DNA of 64,000 nt from Candidatus Cloacimonadales bacterium (GCA_963667035.1 OY762964.1:2176001-2240000); one strand, 5' to 3'; shown: positions 21,254 to 31,898, numbered from the stretch's first letter. Program-made: numbers and translations. Notes: a model not told the origin generated them from the letters alone.

Positions 21254-22264
21254 ATGATTGAAGTCAGTAATGTAGTTAAAGACTACGGTGCATTAAGGGC
21301 AGTAGACCGCATTAGTTTCTCTGTTAATGAGGGAGAAATTGTCGGTTTTCTCGGACCTAACGGAGCAGGTAAATCAACTACTCTGAAAATGCTCACTGAT
21401 TATCTGACCCCGACCGCAGGTAAGATTGAGATTAATGGTTTGGATATGTCTAAGGATTCTCTCAAAATCAGAGAATGGATTGGTTACTTACCGGAACATA
21501 ATCCTCTTTATGAAGATTTAACAGCTTTTGATTATCTGAGGTTTGTAGCTAACATACGTAACCTCAGTGACAAAGATTTCAATTCAAGAATTGAGCAAGT
21601 CATTGAAGAATGTGGCATCAAGAATGTAATTACTCAAAAGATCGGTACTTTATCCAAAGGATATCGTCAACGTGTAGGGCTTGCTCAAGCAATTTTACAT
21701 GACCCAAAAGTCATAATTCTAGACGAGCCTACAACCGGACTTGATCCCAATCAGATTCTTGAAATCAGAGAAGTTATCAGAAGACTTGGAGAGAAAAAGA
21801 CAGTTATTCTTTCCAGTCATATTATGCAGGAAGTTCAAGCAGTATGTGATAGAATCATTATCATCAACAAAGGCAAAATCATTGCCGATGATAAAAAAGA
21901 AGTACTTCAATCACAGTTAGCAGGTAAAACTGTTTTAAGTCTTGAGATCATTGCCGATGACCCTAAGTTTTATGATTTCCGCATGATTGACCCAACGATC
22001 AGCATATTTAATGAAAGTAAAATAAAAGCTAATATCTGGGAAGTTGTACTGGAGTATAGCAACAAAATCGATTTAAGAGAGAAGATTTCCAGATTTATCA
22101 ACGAGAAGGGCTGGCTCATACTCAGTATGCAGAAACAGGAACGTTCTCTTGAGAAAATATTCCATGAGCTTACTATGGATGGAAAGAGTGTTCCTCAGCC
22201 AACAGATACAACTCAATATATCCCTAAATCAGAACCTCAATCTGCGGAGGAAGAAAATGAATAA
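21254..22264 (+). CDS. ABC transporter ATP-binding protein (GldA-like)
   Basis: GPNGAGKST, LSKGYRQRVGLAQA, ILDEPTTGLDP, SSH. Confidence 0.92.
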   Translation: MIEVSNVVKDYGALRAVDRISFSVNEGEIVGFLGPNGAGKSTTLKMLTDYLTPTAGKIEINGLDMSKDSLKIREWIGYLPEHNPLYEDLTAFDYLRFVANIRNLSDKDFNSRIEQVIEECGIKNVITQKIGTLSKGYRQRVGLAQAILHDPKVIILDEPTTGLDPNQILEIREVIRRLGEKKTVILSSHIMQEVQAVCDRIIIINKGKIIADDKKEVLQSQLAGKTVLSLEIIADDPKFYDFRMIDPTISIFNESKIKANIWEVVLEYSNKIDLREKISRFINEKGWLILSMQKQERSLEKIFHELTMDGKSVPQPTDTTQYIPKSEPQSAEEENE

Positions 22265-22970
22265 TATAAAGTCAATAATCAAAAAAGAGCTTAATAGTTA
22301 TTTAGTCTCTCCCGCTACATATATTGTATTTGTAATATTTCTATTGATAACTGGTTGGTTTTTTAACAGCACAGTATTTGTTATCGGTAGAGCAGAAATG
22401 AGAAGTCTTTTTAGTACTCTACCTATGATATTCCTTTTCTTCATCCCTGCTATAACAATGGGTATGATTGCAAAAGAAAAGAACTCCGGAACAATTGAGA
22501 TTCTTGCCACTTTACCTTTACAAGACAGCCAGATTATCTTAGGTAAATTCATTGCGGCAATAATACTTATTGGAGCGACACTGCTATTTACACTTGTTCA
22601 CTTATTCACAATAATGCATTTTGGGCAGAACATTGATTTTGGTGCAATCATATGGGGATATATCGGACTATTCCTTGTAGCGTCAACTTATTGTGCTATA
22701 GGTATCTTTGGTTCTTCATTGCATAGTAATCAGATTGTTGCTTTCATTATAAGTTTCGTACTTGTATTCTTTTTCTTTATCATTGAAATGATATTGATAG
22801 TATTCCCCGGACCATTAGCCCAGTTCTTCCAATATCTTAGCATCAATTACCACTTTAGTAATCTTCAAAGAGGTGTTGTTGATACTCGTGATATTATCTA
22901 CTTTGGCTCAATGATAGTGTTGTTCCTGAGAGGTGCAACTCTCTCGCTTGAATCTAGGAAATGGGACTAG
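22257..22970 (+). CDS. ABC-2 permease (GldF-like)
   Basis: About 6 TM helices; PAITM..IAKEK.SGTIE.L.T.P; GVVDTRDIIYF. Confidence 0.88.
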   Translation: MNNIKSIIKKELNSYLVSPATYIVFVIFLLITGWFFNSTVFVIGRAEMRSLFSTLPMIFLFFIPAITMGMIAKEKNSGTIEILATLPLQDSQIILGKFIAAIILIGATLLFTLVHLFTIMHFGQNIDFGAIIWGYIGLFLVASTYCAIGIFGSSLHSNQIVAFIISFVLVFFFFIIEMILIVFPGPLAQFFQYLSINYHFSNLQRGVVDTRDIIYFGSMIVLFLRGATLSLESRKWD

Positions 22971-22980
22971 GAGGTCAACA

Positions 22981-24588
22981 ATGAATAGAAAGAATGCTAT
23001 AATTAACTTTGTTGTAATCCTTGCAATATTGATTGTACTTAACCTAGTATCACTAAACATATTCCACAGATTTGATTTCTCAAAAGAGAAAATATATACT
23101 CTCTCAAAATCAAGTAAGGAGATAGTCGGTGGTTTGGAAGATAACCTTATTGTCAAAGCTTACTTCACAAAAAACCTTCCTAATCAATATGCCGATCTTG
23201 GAAGATACGTAAGAGATCTTCTCTCAGATTACCAAACCTATTCACACGGGCACTTAAAATTTGACTTCATAAGTCCTAATGATGAAGAGATGTTAAAGAA
23301 TGAAGCCCGTATGAACAAGATACAGCCGGCTCAAATCCAGATGCTTGAAAATGACAAAATGGAAGTTCGAGAAGTTTACATGGGACTCTATTTTGAATAC
23401 CAAGGTAATAATGAGAGTATTCCATTAATCCAAGTAAAAGATGGATTAGAAAATGATATCACCGGCATCATTAAAAGACTATCAAGAGCCCAAATGGATA
23501 GAGTTGCTCTATATACAGACCCTGATGCTGAGCAGACTGACCATCAATCAATCAGATACTTGCTAGGTAAAAACTATGATATCAGCATTACAGATCTGAA
23601 CACTCCTATCGAAGATAATGTTAAAACCCTAGTAATTGCAGGAGTATCAGATTCTCTTGCCATTGAACAACTATATAATATTGACCAGTTTGTAATGAAA
23701 GGTGGAAACCTTTTAGTATTCCAAGACAGAGTTTCAATGGATGTACAACAAGGAAAAGCGGAAGAGATTCATAGTAATTTCTTTGACCTGCTAGAGCATT
23801 GGAAGATTCATATTGCTCCAACTCTAGTTGTAGATGAGAATTGCGGTCAAATTTCTGTTAGTCAGAGACAAGGTCCATTCATCACTCAAGTACCTGTAAG
23901 ATATCCTTTGATACCTATAGTCAATACTCTAAGTAAAGAAAACCCGATTGTTAAGAAACTTGAGAATCTGATTCTTCTTGGAGCTTCCGAGATTGATGTA
24001 GAGATGGATTCAACATCTGCCGTTAACTTTACTCCATTATTCACATCTTCTAACCGTTCAGGTTCAATGTCAGGACCTAATTATGGTATAACCTTCAAGA
24101 GATTCCAAGGTCAAAATCTAAATGCAATGCTAAACAAACCGTTCAGAATACTTTCAGGCATTTTTGAAGGAGAATTTACCAGTTACTTCACTTATAATAA
24201 TGACATTCAAAGAGATGGCTTTATTCCTAAGAGCACTAATAACAAGATTATTATTGTTGCAGATCAAGATTTTGTTAATGACAAGAGTGCCGGTAAACAA
24301 CCGAATAACTTGAACTTTGTTCTTAACTCAACGGACTACCTTAACGGTGATATGTCATCACTTGAGATTCGTTCCAGAACTCTAACACTGAGTGAATTAG
24401 ATGTAAGAAAGTATTTACTTCAAAATGGAGCTAATCCCGCAGATATAGATACAATAGAGAAGAGAACAAAAGTAACGTCAAAAGCCCTTAATATTGTTCT
24501 TCCGAGCCTTCTCTTAATAGTATTCGGATTTATCTACGTACTCTTAAAACGTAAAGAAAGTGATAAGATCAGGAGGATTTATGAATAA
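22981..24588 (+). CDS. GldG-like ABC transporter auxiliary protein
   Basis: RFDFSKEKIYTLS, IDQFVMKGGNLLV, IIVADQDF, NLNFVLNSTDYL, C-terminal TM; GGAGG RBS. Confidence 0.85.
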   Translation: MNRKNAIINFVVILAILIVLNLVSLNIFHRFDFSKEKIYTLSKSSKEIVGGLEDNLIVKAYFTKNLPNQYADLGRYVRDLLSDYQTYSHGHLKFDFISPNDEEMLKNEARMNKIQPAQIQMLENDKMEVREVYMGLYFEYQGNNESIPLIQVKDGLENDITGIIKRLSRAQMDRVALYTDPDAEQTDHQSIRYLLGKNYDISITDLNTPIEDNVKTLVIAGVSDSLAIEQLYNIDQFVMKGGNLLVFQDRVSMDVQQGKAEEIHSNFFDLLEHWKIHIAPTLVVDENCGQISVSQRQGPFITQVPVRYPLIPIVNTLSKENPIVKKLENLILLGASEIDVEMDSTSAVNFTPLFTSSNRSGSMSGPNYGITFKRFQGQNLNAMLNKPFRILSGIFEGEFTSYFTYNNDIQRDGFIPKSTNNKIIIVADQDFVNDKSAGKQPNNLNFVLNSTDYLNGDMSSLEIRSRTLTLSELDVRKYLLQNGANPADIDTIEKRTKVTSKALNIVLPSLLLIVFGFIYVLLKRKESDKIRRIYE

Positions 24589-25525
24589 GAAGAATCTACT
24601 CCTCATAGCGGGACTTATAATACTTCTTGTAGTCTTTTTCTTTGCAAAAAAGAAGGAACATATTGAAACCGAATTCGATTTCTTGAATATAGACTCTTTA
24701 TCTGTTAAGACAATAAATCTTACAACAGCAGAGGATACATTAGTAATATCTAAGCTGGATAATGAGTGGTGGATTACTGAACCTATAAAAGCAGAAATCG
24801 ATAAAAAGAGAATCAATACTTTCTTTGCTGATGTTGTTGATATTAAGGTTCCCATAAATCCTATGTCTGAGAATCCAAACTCACATTCTAATTATCATGT
24901 TGCTGATAATCAAGGATATGATGTTAAATTAATTAATAATTCGGGTAAGATTATTGCTGATTTTAAAGTTGGAGAAGGCTCTAACTACTCGTACAGCTAT
25001 ATAAGAAAAACTGGTGCTAACAAAGTATATCAAGTGAAAAAGAATATATTCCAGACTTGCAAACCTACTCTTAGTATGTGGCGTTCAGGAATGATTTATG
25101 ATTTTTCTAAAGAGGACATCACAAGAATCTCTGTGAGTAGACAGGATACTTCATTTGAAATGATAAGAAGTGAAATCGAGAATGGAGAGCAATGGACTTA
25201 CAAAGACGCAACGGAAGAGTTCGTTGTTGACAGACTGAATAAAGCATTGCTCAAATTCAGTAACTTAAACCTTGGATTACGTTCTCGTGTTTATTATGAT
25301 AATAAATGGGATGAACTTAAGAAGTATTTCGAGGAACCACTTGCAACTGTCGTTTTCTACTTAAGAGATGGTACTCAAAAGACAATCTACTTTGCCAAGA
25401 ATGAGGAAGATAATCAGTTTATGATAAAGAAAGGTAGTTACACTGATACTATTTATCAAGCAACATCTGATACATTTGGCAGAATCTCATTTTCGAAAGA
25501 GCAGTTTAAAGAGAAAGATAGATAG
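24581..25525 (+). CDS. DUF4340-like protein
   Basis: N-terminal TM, W.I.EP, YIRK...VY; usual position after GldG-like genes. Confidence 0.7.
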   Translation: MNKKNLLLIAGLIILLVVFFFAKKKEHIETEFDFLNIDSLSVKTINLTTAEDTLVISKLDNEWWITEPIKAEIDKKRINTFFADVVDIKVPINPMSENPNSHSNYHVADNQGYDVKLINNSGKIIADFKVGEGSNYSYSYIRKTGANKVYQVKKNIFQTCKPTLSMWRSGMIYDFSKEDITRISVSRQDTSFEMIRSEIENGEQWTYKDATEEFVVDRLNKALLKFSNLNLGLRSRVYYDNKWDELKKYFEEPLATVVFYLRDGTQKTIYFAKNEEDNQFMIKKGSYTDTIYQATSDTFGRISFSKEQFKEKDR

Positions 25526-25542
25526 GTAAGAAAAGTTATAGT

Positions 25543-25576
25543 AAAAAGGCTGGCACAACAATGTCAGCCTTTTTTT
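25543..25576. terminator. Bidirectional terminator
   Basis: AAAAAGGCTGGCA...TGTCAGCCTTTTTT between convergent operons. Confidence 0.8.
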
Positions 25577-26939
25577 ATTTTGTAGAATCTTTTAAAACTT
25601 GTATAAAAATTGCCAATTGAGGTAAAGCCTGCCATTTCCAGAATTGAATTCCATCAACAACATGCTCAAATTGTTCATAATTAACATTACTTGATATTTC
25701 GTGTACAGAATATGGTAAATCAATCAGCATTCTTGGTAAAATGATAGACATATCAGAGAATAGATTCGTTCCATCTAAGCCCAAAGGCGTACAATTAACA
25801 ACAAGGTCATATTTAAATGATAAATCTCCCTCTTTAAGAGAATACCGCTTGCACATCTCGCTCTGCTTTTCTTTGTCTCTACACATGATATGTACTTCTC
25901 CAAAAATAGATGCCTCAACGGTTGCCAATTCTGCCATTGCTCCACTACCATATATCAGTATTGTTTCAATGCCTTTCTTATCGAGTATAAACAAAGCTTT
26001 CTTCAAGGCAAACTGATCAGTATTAGAAGTTATAATTTTGTCTCTTTCAAAGTAAACAATATTGACAGGATTATCAGTTCTCGCTTTTTCTCTTACCTCA
26101 TTTTTATATGGCATTGTTACAGATATTCCATATACTTTATTATCCGATTTAAAAAGGTTCAACCAGCTCCAAAAATCCTCAAAATTATCAGTCGAGAATG
26201 GCAAATAAACTGCATCGAAGTTATTTTTTAAGAAGTATTCATTGTAGTAATGAAGTCCAATCGAATTCACTACTTGTTCTCCCCCTAACAATCCACCGAT
26301 AGCAGTGTTCTTTGTTAACCTGGTAAGATTAAATTGTTCAACCTCGGCAAAAGTCAACTGTTCGGGAACAACGCAATCCGTATCATTTGCAATATATGTT
26401 GCTCTGGCATTAATATGCTTATATAGAATCCTTGAGAGCTTCCCAAGCTTTCCTAATCCTGCAAACAGAATCTGCTTAGGACATGTTTTAAAGTTTTTTT
26501 CAAGCCATGTAAGCTTAGAATAGCTATCAATAGGAACACATAGTTTAAGATATCTACAATCAAGTTTAGAACCTACATTTAGAAATCCTAAGATAATATC
26601 CTCGTCAAACTTAGTGAAATTATGATATGAGAGGATTACATTTAAACCTTTAACAGCCGGCTGTTCTACAATAAAAAGGTTATACTCTAAATCAATAAGA
26701 CAGTCATGTTTAATTGCAAAAGGCTTTATGATATCAAGTTTTTCTTTAATCGATAGCTTGGATTGTCCTCCCTCACTTTCATGCCTGATAGTAAGTATGG
26801 TTCTGGAATCAAGTTTTACCTTGAAGAGAAACTCCTCAATCTCTGAGTGAGGCATATAATCCAATCGTATTTCATGAAAGCACTCGACACATAAATCTCT
26901 AGTAAGAGGAGTGTTTCCTTTCGTAGATACAACTAACAT
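25575..26939 (-). CDS. Bifunctional type I 3-dehydroquinate dehydratase / shikimate dehydrogenase (AroD-AroE)
   Basis: EIRLD, ILTIR..EGG and SYHNF (AroD); SVTMPYK, NTD, YGSGAMA and VNCTPLG (AroE). Confidence 0.85.
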   Translation of the reverse strand: MLVVSTKGNTPLTRDLCVECFHEIRLDYMPHSEIEEFLFKVKLDSRTILTIRHESEGGQSKLSIKEKLDIIKPFAIKHDCLIDLEYNLFIVEQPAVKGLNVILSYHNFTKFDEDIILGFLNVGSKLDCRYLKLCVPIDSYSKLTWLEKNFKTCPKQILFAGLGKLGKLSRILYKHINARATYIANDTDCVVPEQLTFAEVEQFNLTRLTKNTAIGGLLGGEQVVNSIGLHYYNEYFLKNNFDAVYLPFSTDNFEDFWSWLNLFKSDNKVYGISVTMPYKNEVREKARTDNPVNIVYFERDKIITSNTDQFALKKALFILDKKGIETILIYGSGAMAELATVEASIFGEVHIMCRDKEKQSEMCKRYSLKEGDLSFKYDLVVNCTPLGLDGTNLFSDMSIILPRMLIDLPYSVHEISSNVNYEQFEHVVDGIQFWKWQALPQLAIFIQVLKDSTK

Positions 26940-28240
26940 TGTTTCTTACCTTCTTCAATAATCAAATTCCATAATTGATTAATTACATCACCTGAGACAC
27001 CTAATAGTTTAGCTTTTTCTTTTAGATTAGTCAGTAGCTCTTGTTCCCTCTCGGGAATTGTAATATCAATACTATTCTTTTTCTTAAAATCAATAACATT
27101 TTTAACAATATTGAGTCTTTTTTTGATAAGTATCAGCAAATCCTCATCTATCTTATCCAAACTCTCTCTGTAATCACTAAGTGATTGTTCTTCGTTATCT
27201 ACCAATTTTTGATAAGCCGCAGCATCTGCTATAGCCAGCTTAGCCATTGATAATATCACAGGTATGATTCTGGGCACTAGGCATATATCATGCCTACCAT
27301 TAATACTAATCATCTTTTCTTCACCTGCAATATCTATTGTTATCTGTTGTTTACTGATTGAAGGAACAGGTTTAACAGCCACACGAAAGATTATATCTTC
27401 ACCGTTTGAAATACCGGCTTGAATACCGCCTGCATTGTTGGAATTGAATCCATCCGAACTCATCCCGTCATTTGCATCAATACCTTTTAAAGCTGAAAGA
27501 GAGAATCCTCCTCCAAACTCAATACCTTTCACCGCTCCAATTGACATAACAGCCTTAGCAATATTTGCATCTAGCTTTTCAAACACCGGGTCTCCCCAAC
27601 CTTTTTTAGCGTTCTTTATCGTTATTTGGACAACTCCTCCAACACTGTCCCCCTCAGACTTAACAGACTCAAGATAACTCTCAAGCTCTTTCAGTGTTGA
27701 TGGATCAGGCCAATAGTAAGGATTCTCTTTAGCAAAGAATATATCTTGATATTTAGGGACTTTTTGCCCAATCACAAGAGTCTGAACATCAAATTCGATA
27801 TCACCAAGCAGTGAGTTCAAGGTCTCCCCTGCAATCACTCTGGAAATTGTCTCACGTCCCGAGATTCGACCTCCGCCTCTCCAATCAAAGATTTTAAACT
27901 TACTATATACGGCAAAATCTCCGTGTCCGGGTCGAAAAATCTCTTTTATATCTTCATAAGCCTTACTATCTGCATCTTTGTTCCAAACTACCAAGCATAT
28001 CGGCATTCCGGTTGTCGTTCCGTCCAATACACCTGATAGTATCTCAACTTTGTCCTCTTCCATTCTTGATGTAGAGCTAGCCAATCTTGATGCTTTTCGC
28101 TTTGCTAATGCGTCTTCTATCTCTTTAATAGGGAATTCAACTCCAGGTTTAACATCTTCTATAACAACCCCGACGGCTTTTCCATGACTCTCACCGAAGC
28201 ACGTAAATCCATAGAGGGCAGAAAGGTGATTACCTCTCAC
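26933..28240 (-). CDS. aroC: Chorismate synthase with a C-terminal AroQ-type chorismate mutase domain
   Basis: GESHG, RPGHGD, GGGRISGRET, GRHD; tail LSDYRESLDKIDEDLLILIKKR...PEREQE. Confidence 0.92.
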   Translation of the reverse strand: MRGNHLSALYGFTCFGESHGKAVGVVIEDVKPGVEFPIKEIEDALAKRKASRLASSTSRMEEDKVEILSGVLDGTTTGMPICLVVWNKDADSKAYEDIKEIFRPGHGDFAVYSKFKIFDWRGGGRISGRETISRVIAGETLNSLLGDIEFDVQTLVIGQKVPKYQDIFFAKENPYYWPDPSTLKELESYLESVKSEGDSVGGVVQITIKNAKKGWGDPVFEKLDANIAKAVMSIGAVKGIEFGGGFSLSALKGIDANDGMSSDGFNSNNAGGIQAGISNGEDIIFRVAVKPVPSISKQQITIDIAGEEKMISINGRHDICLVPRIIPVILSMAKLAIADAAAYQKLVDNEEQSLSDYRESLDKIDEDLLILIKKRLNIVKNVIDFKKKNSIDITIPEREQELLTNLKEKAKLLGVSGDVINQLWNLIIEEGKKQC

Positions 28241-28249
28241 ATCTACTCC

Positions 28250-29167
28250 TTATAATTGTTTAAAATTTTTATATAAATTGGTCACTAATTCTTCATTAAT
28301 ATCTTTCGGATTAATTATTAAGTCAAACTCTTGTCTACGATACCATGTTTGTTGTCTTTTAGCATATCTTCGAGTATTCTGTTTTGCCTGCTCAATACAA
28401 TCTTCAAATTCTGCATGCTCGTAAAAGTATGGCATGAACTCTTTATACCCTACAGCAGTAAGACCATAATCGTCTTTGGTATAACCCATCTTAAGTAAAG
28501 AATCAATCTCATCTAAAAGACCTGCCTCAATCATAACATCGAACCTATTCTCTATTCTCTTATAGATTAACTCTCTCTCGTCCGTAAGAAGTATTTTAAA
28601 TGGCTTATACTCTTCTTTAACTTTCTGCTCTTTCCAATGAACAGATATCGGCTTGCCTGTATAATAATAAATCTCAAGGGATCTTAAGATTCTTTGCTTA
28701 TCCTGCTTATATATATTTTCTCCCGCATCAGGATCAACTTCCATCAACTTAGCGTGCATAGCATCAAGTCCTATAGTCTCAGCCTCTTTCTCGAGTTTCA
28801 CTCTTAATTCAAGTGGTATATCAGGAGATTTAAATATACCTTCAATCAAGGATTTAATATAGAATCCTGTTCCTCCTGCAATTATTGGTAACTTACCCTC
28901 TTCCTTTAACTGCTTGATTATCAAACCTGCATCTTTGCTGAAATCACCGGCATTATATCTCACGTCGGGATTCACAATATCGATAAGGTGATGCCGAATA
29001 GACTCCATCTCTTCTTGTGTAGGTTTAGCAGTACCAATATCCATGAAACGATAAATCTGCCTTGAATCTGCCGATATAATATCTGTCTCCATTTTGTGAG
29101 CAAACATCAATGCCAACCGACTCTTACCGGAGGCCGTTGAACCTTCTATTGTAACAATCGGAATCAT
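28250..29167 (-). CDS. miaA: tRNA dimethylallyltransferase
   Basis: GSTASGKS, ISADSRQIY, DIGTAKP, GGTGFY, YAKRQ.TW. Confidence 0.97.
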   Translation of the reverse strand: MIPIVTIEGSTASGKSRLALMFAHKMETDIISADSRQIYRFMDIGTAKPTQEEMESIRHHLIDIVNPDVRYNAGDFSKDAGLIIKQLKEEGKLPIIAGGTGFYIKSLIEGIFKSPDIPLELRVKLEKEAETIGLDAMHAKLMEVDPDAGENIYKQDKQRILRSLEIYYYTGKPISVHWKEQKVKEEYKPFKILLTDERELIYKRIENRFDVMIEAGLLDEIDSLLKMGYTKDDYGLTAVGYKEFMPYFYEHAEFEDCIEQAKQNTRRYAKRQQTWYRRQEFDLIINPKDINEELVTNLYKNFKQL

Positions 29168-30999
29168 TCTATTCTCTTAAATCTTTTTTCCAGTTCGTTA
29201 AGAGTCATCTTGATTATCAATGGTCTTCCATGGGGACAGAAATATGGGACACTACAAGCAAACAAGTCATTAATTAAAGCCAGCATCTCTTTTCTCGTTA
29301 GCTTTCTGTTCGCTTTTATTGCAGCTTTACAAGCCATTGTTTTTGCTAAACTATCCCTGATATCCTCAGTTTCTTCAAATTCATCCTGTAAGCTCTTCAT
29401 AATGTCTAGGAAGAATTCTTCACTATTCAAGTCATTCAACTCCGGAGGGACTTCATCAATTACTACAGAGTTTCCGCTAAAAGTCTTAATCGAGAAACCG
29501 ACTTGATTGAATATCTCAATGTTTTTCTCAAGTAAATCGGTAAGAACCGAATTGAGGTAAGGAGGAATATTCACAACAAGCGGAAACACCAGTTTCTGAC
29601 GTACCGGTGGTGCTCCATGGATTCTTTGCACCATCTTCTCATAGATAATTCGTTCATGAGCTGCATGCTGATCAATTGCCATCAGACCGTCTTCCGATTG
29701 GATAAAGATATAAGTATCGTGCAACTGCCATGGATTAACAAGTTCTTCTTCTTTAGGTAGCAGTTGAGAAGGGAACATAGGTTCTCTTGTTTCCTGCTCT
29801 TCAACTAATGGAGTTCTTATTTCTCTCGTAAACACATCAGGTTGGAACACTTCTTCCAAATCGGTTTTATATTCAGAATAGCGTGGTTTTACAGGTTTAA
29901 TGAATATCTTCTGCTCGTAATTTGTCAGAGGTTTGCTCTGAGTCAAATCTGCAGTTTTCATCTCAGCAGTATGGAATTTCTCCTTTTCATACTCCATCAA
30001 AGCGTTTGTTACACAGCTTTTCACGAAACTATGAACAAAATGGGAATCTCTGAATCTTACTTCATGTTTAGCAGGATGTACATTTACATCAATCATCTCA
30101 GGGTCAATATTAAGGAAGATGATATAAGGAGGAAGCTGACCTTTCTGGTAAATCCCGCTTTTCTTTATGAATGGGTCGTAAGCTGACTTTATAGCATGCA
30201 AAATAATCTTATCTTTCATGTATCTACCGTTAACAAATATGTAACGATGGTCATAGATATTGTGCTCCGTATTCTCTAATCCCGATACATATCCGTTTAA
30301 CTTGATAATCTTGTTAGACATGCTTAACGAAATCAGGTCATTATCAAAGAATTTATTACCAAACACAGCCCTCATTCTTTGTTCATTATCATCCGTTGCG
30401 GGATAGTTCAATCGTTCTTTACCGTTTGAATTGAACCTGAAACTTATCTCAGGATAGACAATTGATTGATAATGCAAGTAGCTCAAGATATGCTTAAATT
30501 CTACCTGATCGGATTTAAGGAACTTCCTTCTTGCAGGAACATTACTAAACAATCTTCTTACGGAAATATCAGTACCTTGATTCCCTCCGATTTTTGAAAC
30601 ATCTTTCAGTGTACCGCCATAGAACTCAATTCGAGTCGCAACATCAGACTTCTCGTCTTTTGTAATCATAACCAAATGGCTTATAGAACTAATACTGGGT
30701 AAAGCTTCCCCTCTAAATCCAAGAGTTCCTATTTTAATGATGTCTTCAACATTTCTGATCTTGGAAGTGGCATGTCTTTCGAAACTCAATAGTGCATCTG
30801 TTTCATTCATACCCTGTCCGTTGTCAATAACCTGTATTAAATCCTTACCACCTCTTTCAATGTTCACGGTAATAGACATTGCTCCGGCATCTATTGCATT
30901 TTCAACCAGTTCTTTAACAACAGATGCAGGACGGTCTATAACCTCTCCGGCAGCAATTCTATTAGCGACTTCTTCAGCCAACACTTTTATTCTGTTCAT
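29164..30999 (-). CDS. mutL: DNA mismatch repair endonuclease MutL
   Basis: IAAGEVI, GFRGEAL, DVNVHPAK, DQHAAHER, CPHGRP; TGA stop overlaps the miaA ATG. Confidence 0.98.
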   Translation of the reverse strand: MNRIKVLAEEVANRIAAGEVIDRPASVVKELVENAIDAGAMSITVNIERGGKDLIQVIDNGQGMNETDALLSFERHATSKIRNVEDIIKIGTLGFRGEALPSISSISHLVMITKDEKSDVATRIEFYGGTLKDVSKIGGNQGTDISVRRLFSNVPARRKFLKSDQVEFKHILSYLHYQSIVYPEISFRFNSNGKERLNYPATDDNEQRMRAVFGNKFFDNDLISLSMSNKIIKLNGYVSGLENTEHNIYDHRYIFVNGRYMKDKIILHAIKSAYDPFIKKSGIYQKGQLPPYIIFLNIDPEMIDVNVHPAKHEVRFRDSHFVHSFVKSCVTNALMEYEKEKFHTAEMKTADLTQSKPLTNYEQKIFIKPVKPRYSEYKTDLEEVFQPDVFTREIRTPLVEEQETREPMFPSQLLPKEEELVNPWQLHDTYIFIQSEDGLMAIDQHAAHERIIYEKMVQRIHGAPPVRQKLVFPLVVNIPPYLNSVLTDLLEKNIEIFNQVGFSIKTFSGNSVVIDEVPPELNDLNSEEFFLDIMKSLQDEFEETEDIRDSLAKTMACKAAIKANRKLTRKEMLALINDLFACSVPYFCPHGRPLIIKMTLNELEKRFKRIE

Positions 31000-31162
31000 T
31001 TATGATGATTTCCTTAATATATAATCGTCCTCTAATAGTAGTTAAAGCTGTTGTTCTTATGTCAAGAAAACAATCACTTTTTTCGATTGAGCTATTATAT
31101 GAAGAATCCATCCTATTCTATATCTGCCAAATCAATTAAAATTCTCATATCTTTTGAGAAGT

Positions 31163-31203
31163 CCGTTCGACTTCATTCGACAAGCTCATTTCGCTCGGGT
31201 GAC
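31163..31203 (-). repeat. REP-like intergenic element (degenerate, nested)
   Basis: Minus strand reads GTCACCCGAGCGAAATGAGCTTGTCGAATGAAGTCGAACGG. Confidence 0.45.
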
Positions 31204-31252
31204 GATGATAGTTTATCTTATGTCATTCACTCGTAGTGACAAGAAATCACAA

Positions 31253-31708
31253 TCAACCTTTATACTTAATTTGCAATCCTTTTAAGAAGCGTCTTAGAAT
31301 TTGGTCATTACACAGTCTAAAATGCTTATGGTCAATGCGCCTAAAGAAGGCACTTAACTCGTGTTTGCTAATTGAGAAGTCTGCGAGTTTAAGAATCTCG
31401 ATTATATCTTCTGCTTGAAGATTCAACGCTATCTTCAACTTCCTTAAGACAATGTTATTATTGATTAAGTATTCTGAAGAGACTTTCTTATCACTTGGTC
31501 CTCTTCTCTCAACAATGAAACCATCTAGGAACTCAACCATAAGGGTATCACTAATCTCTTTGAAATCAGGGTCTTCATCTTTTTTTAACCAAGAACATAC
31601 TTGCTCTCTTGTAACAACTCTCCCCGCATGTTGGAAAATCTTCATTATTTTATCGTCATTTAAAGCAAAAGTGTATCTTACTCTTCTTAATATATCGTTA
31701 TTCTTCAT
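31253..31708 (-). CDS. DUF1456 (YehS) family protein
   Basis: NNDILRRVRY, FLDGFIVERRG, NNIVLRKLKIAL, ELSAFFR, C.DQ.LR.FL.GL. Confidence 0.92.
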   Translation of the reverse strand: MKNNDILRRVRYTFALNDDKIMKIFQHAGRVVTREQVCSWLKKDEDPDFKEISDTLMVEFLDGFIVERRGPSDKKVSSEYLINNNIVLRKLKIALNLQAEDIIEILKLADFSISKHELSAFFRRIDHKHFRLCNDQILRRFLKGLQIKYKG

Positions 31709-31898
31709 TTATTATCTCCTTCACTCTTCCTACTTGCCCATCCGCTAGCATAACTTTTATCCCATGAGGATGAGTAGCTGAATTAGTGAGTATCCTCTTT
31801 ACGCTTCCTTCAGTTAGTTTACCTGTTCGTTGGTCTTGTTTAAGTACTATTCTAACTCTTAATCCTAGTTTAATATCTATTCTCTTTGTTCCGTCCAA
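31698..31898 (-). CDS. YwbE family protein
   Basis: IVLKQDQRTGKLTEG.V..ILT.S..HPHGIKV.L.DGQVGRV. Confidence 0.92.
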   Translation of the reverse strand: MDGTKRIDIKLGLRVRIVLKQDQRTGKLTEGSVKRILTNSATHPHGIKVMLADGQVGRVKEIINEE

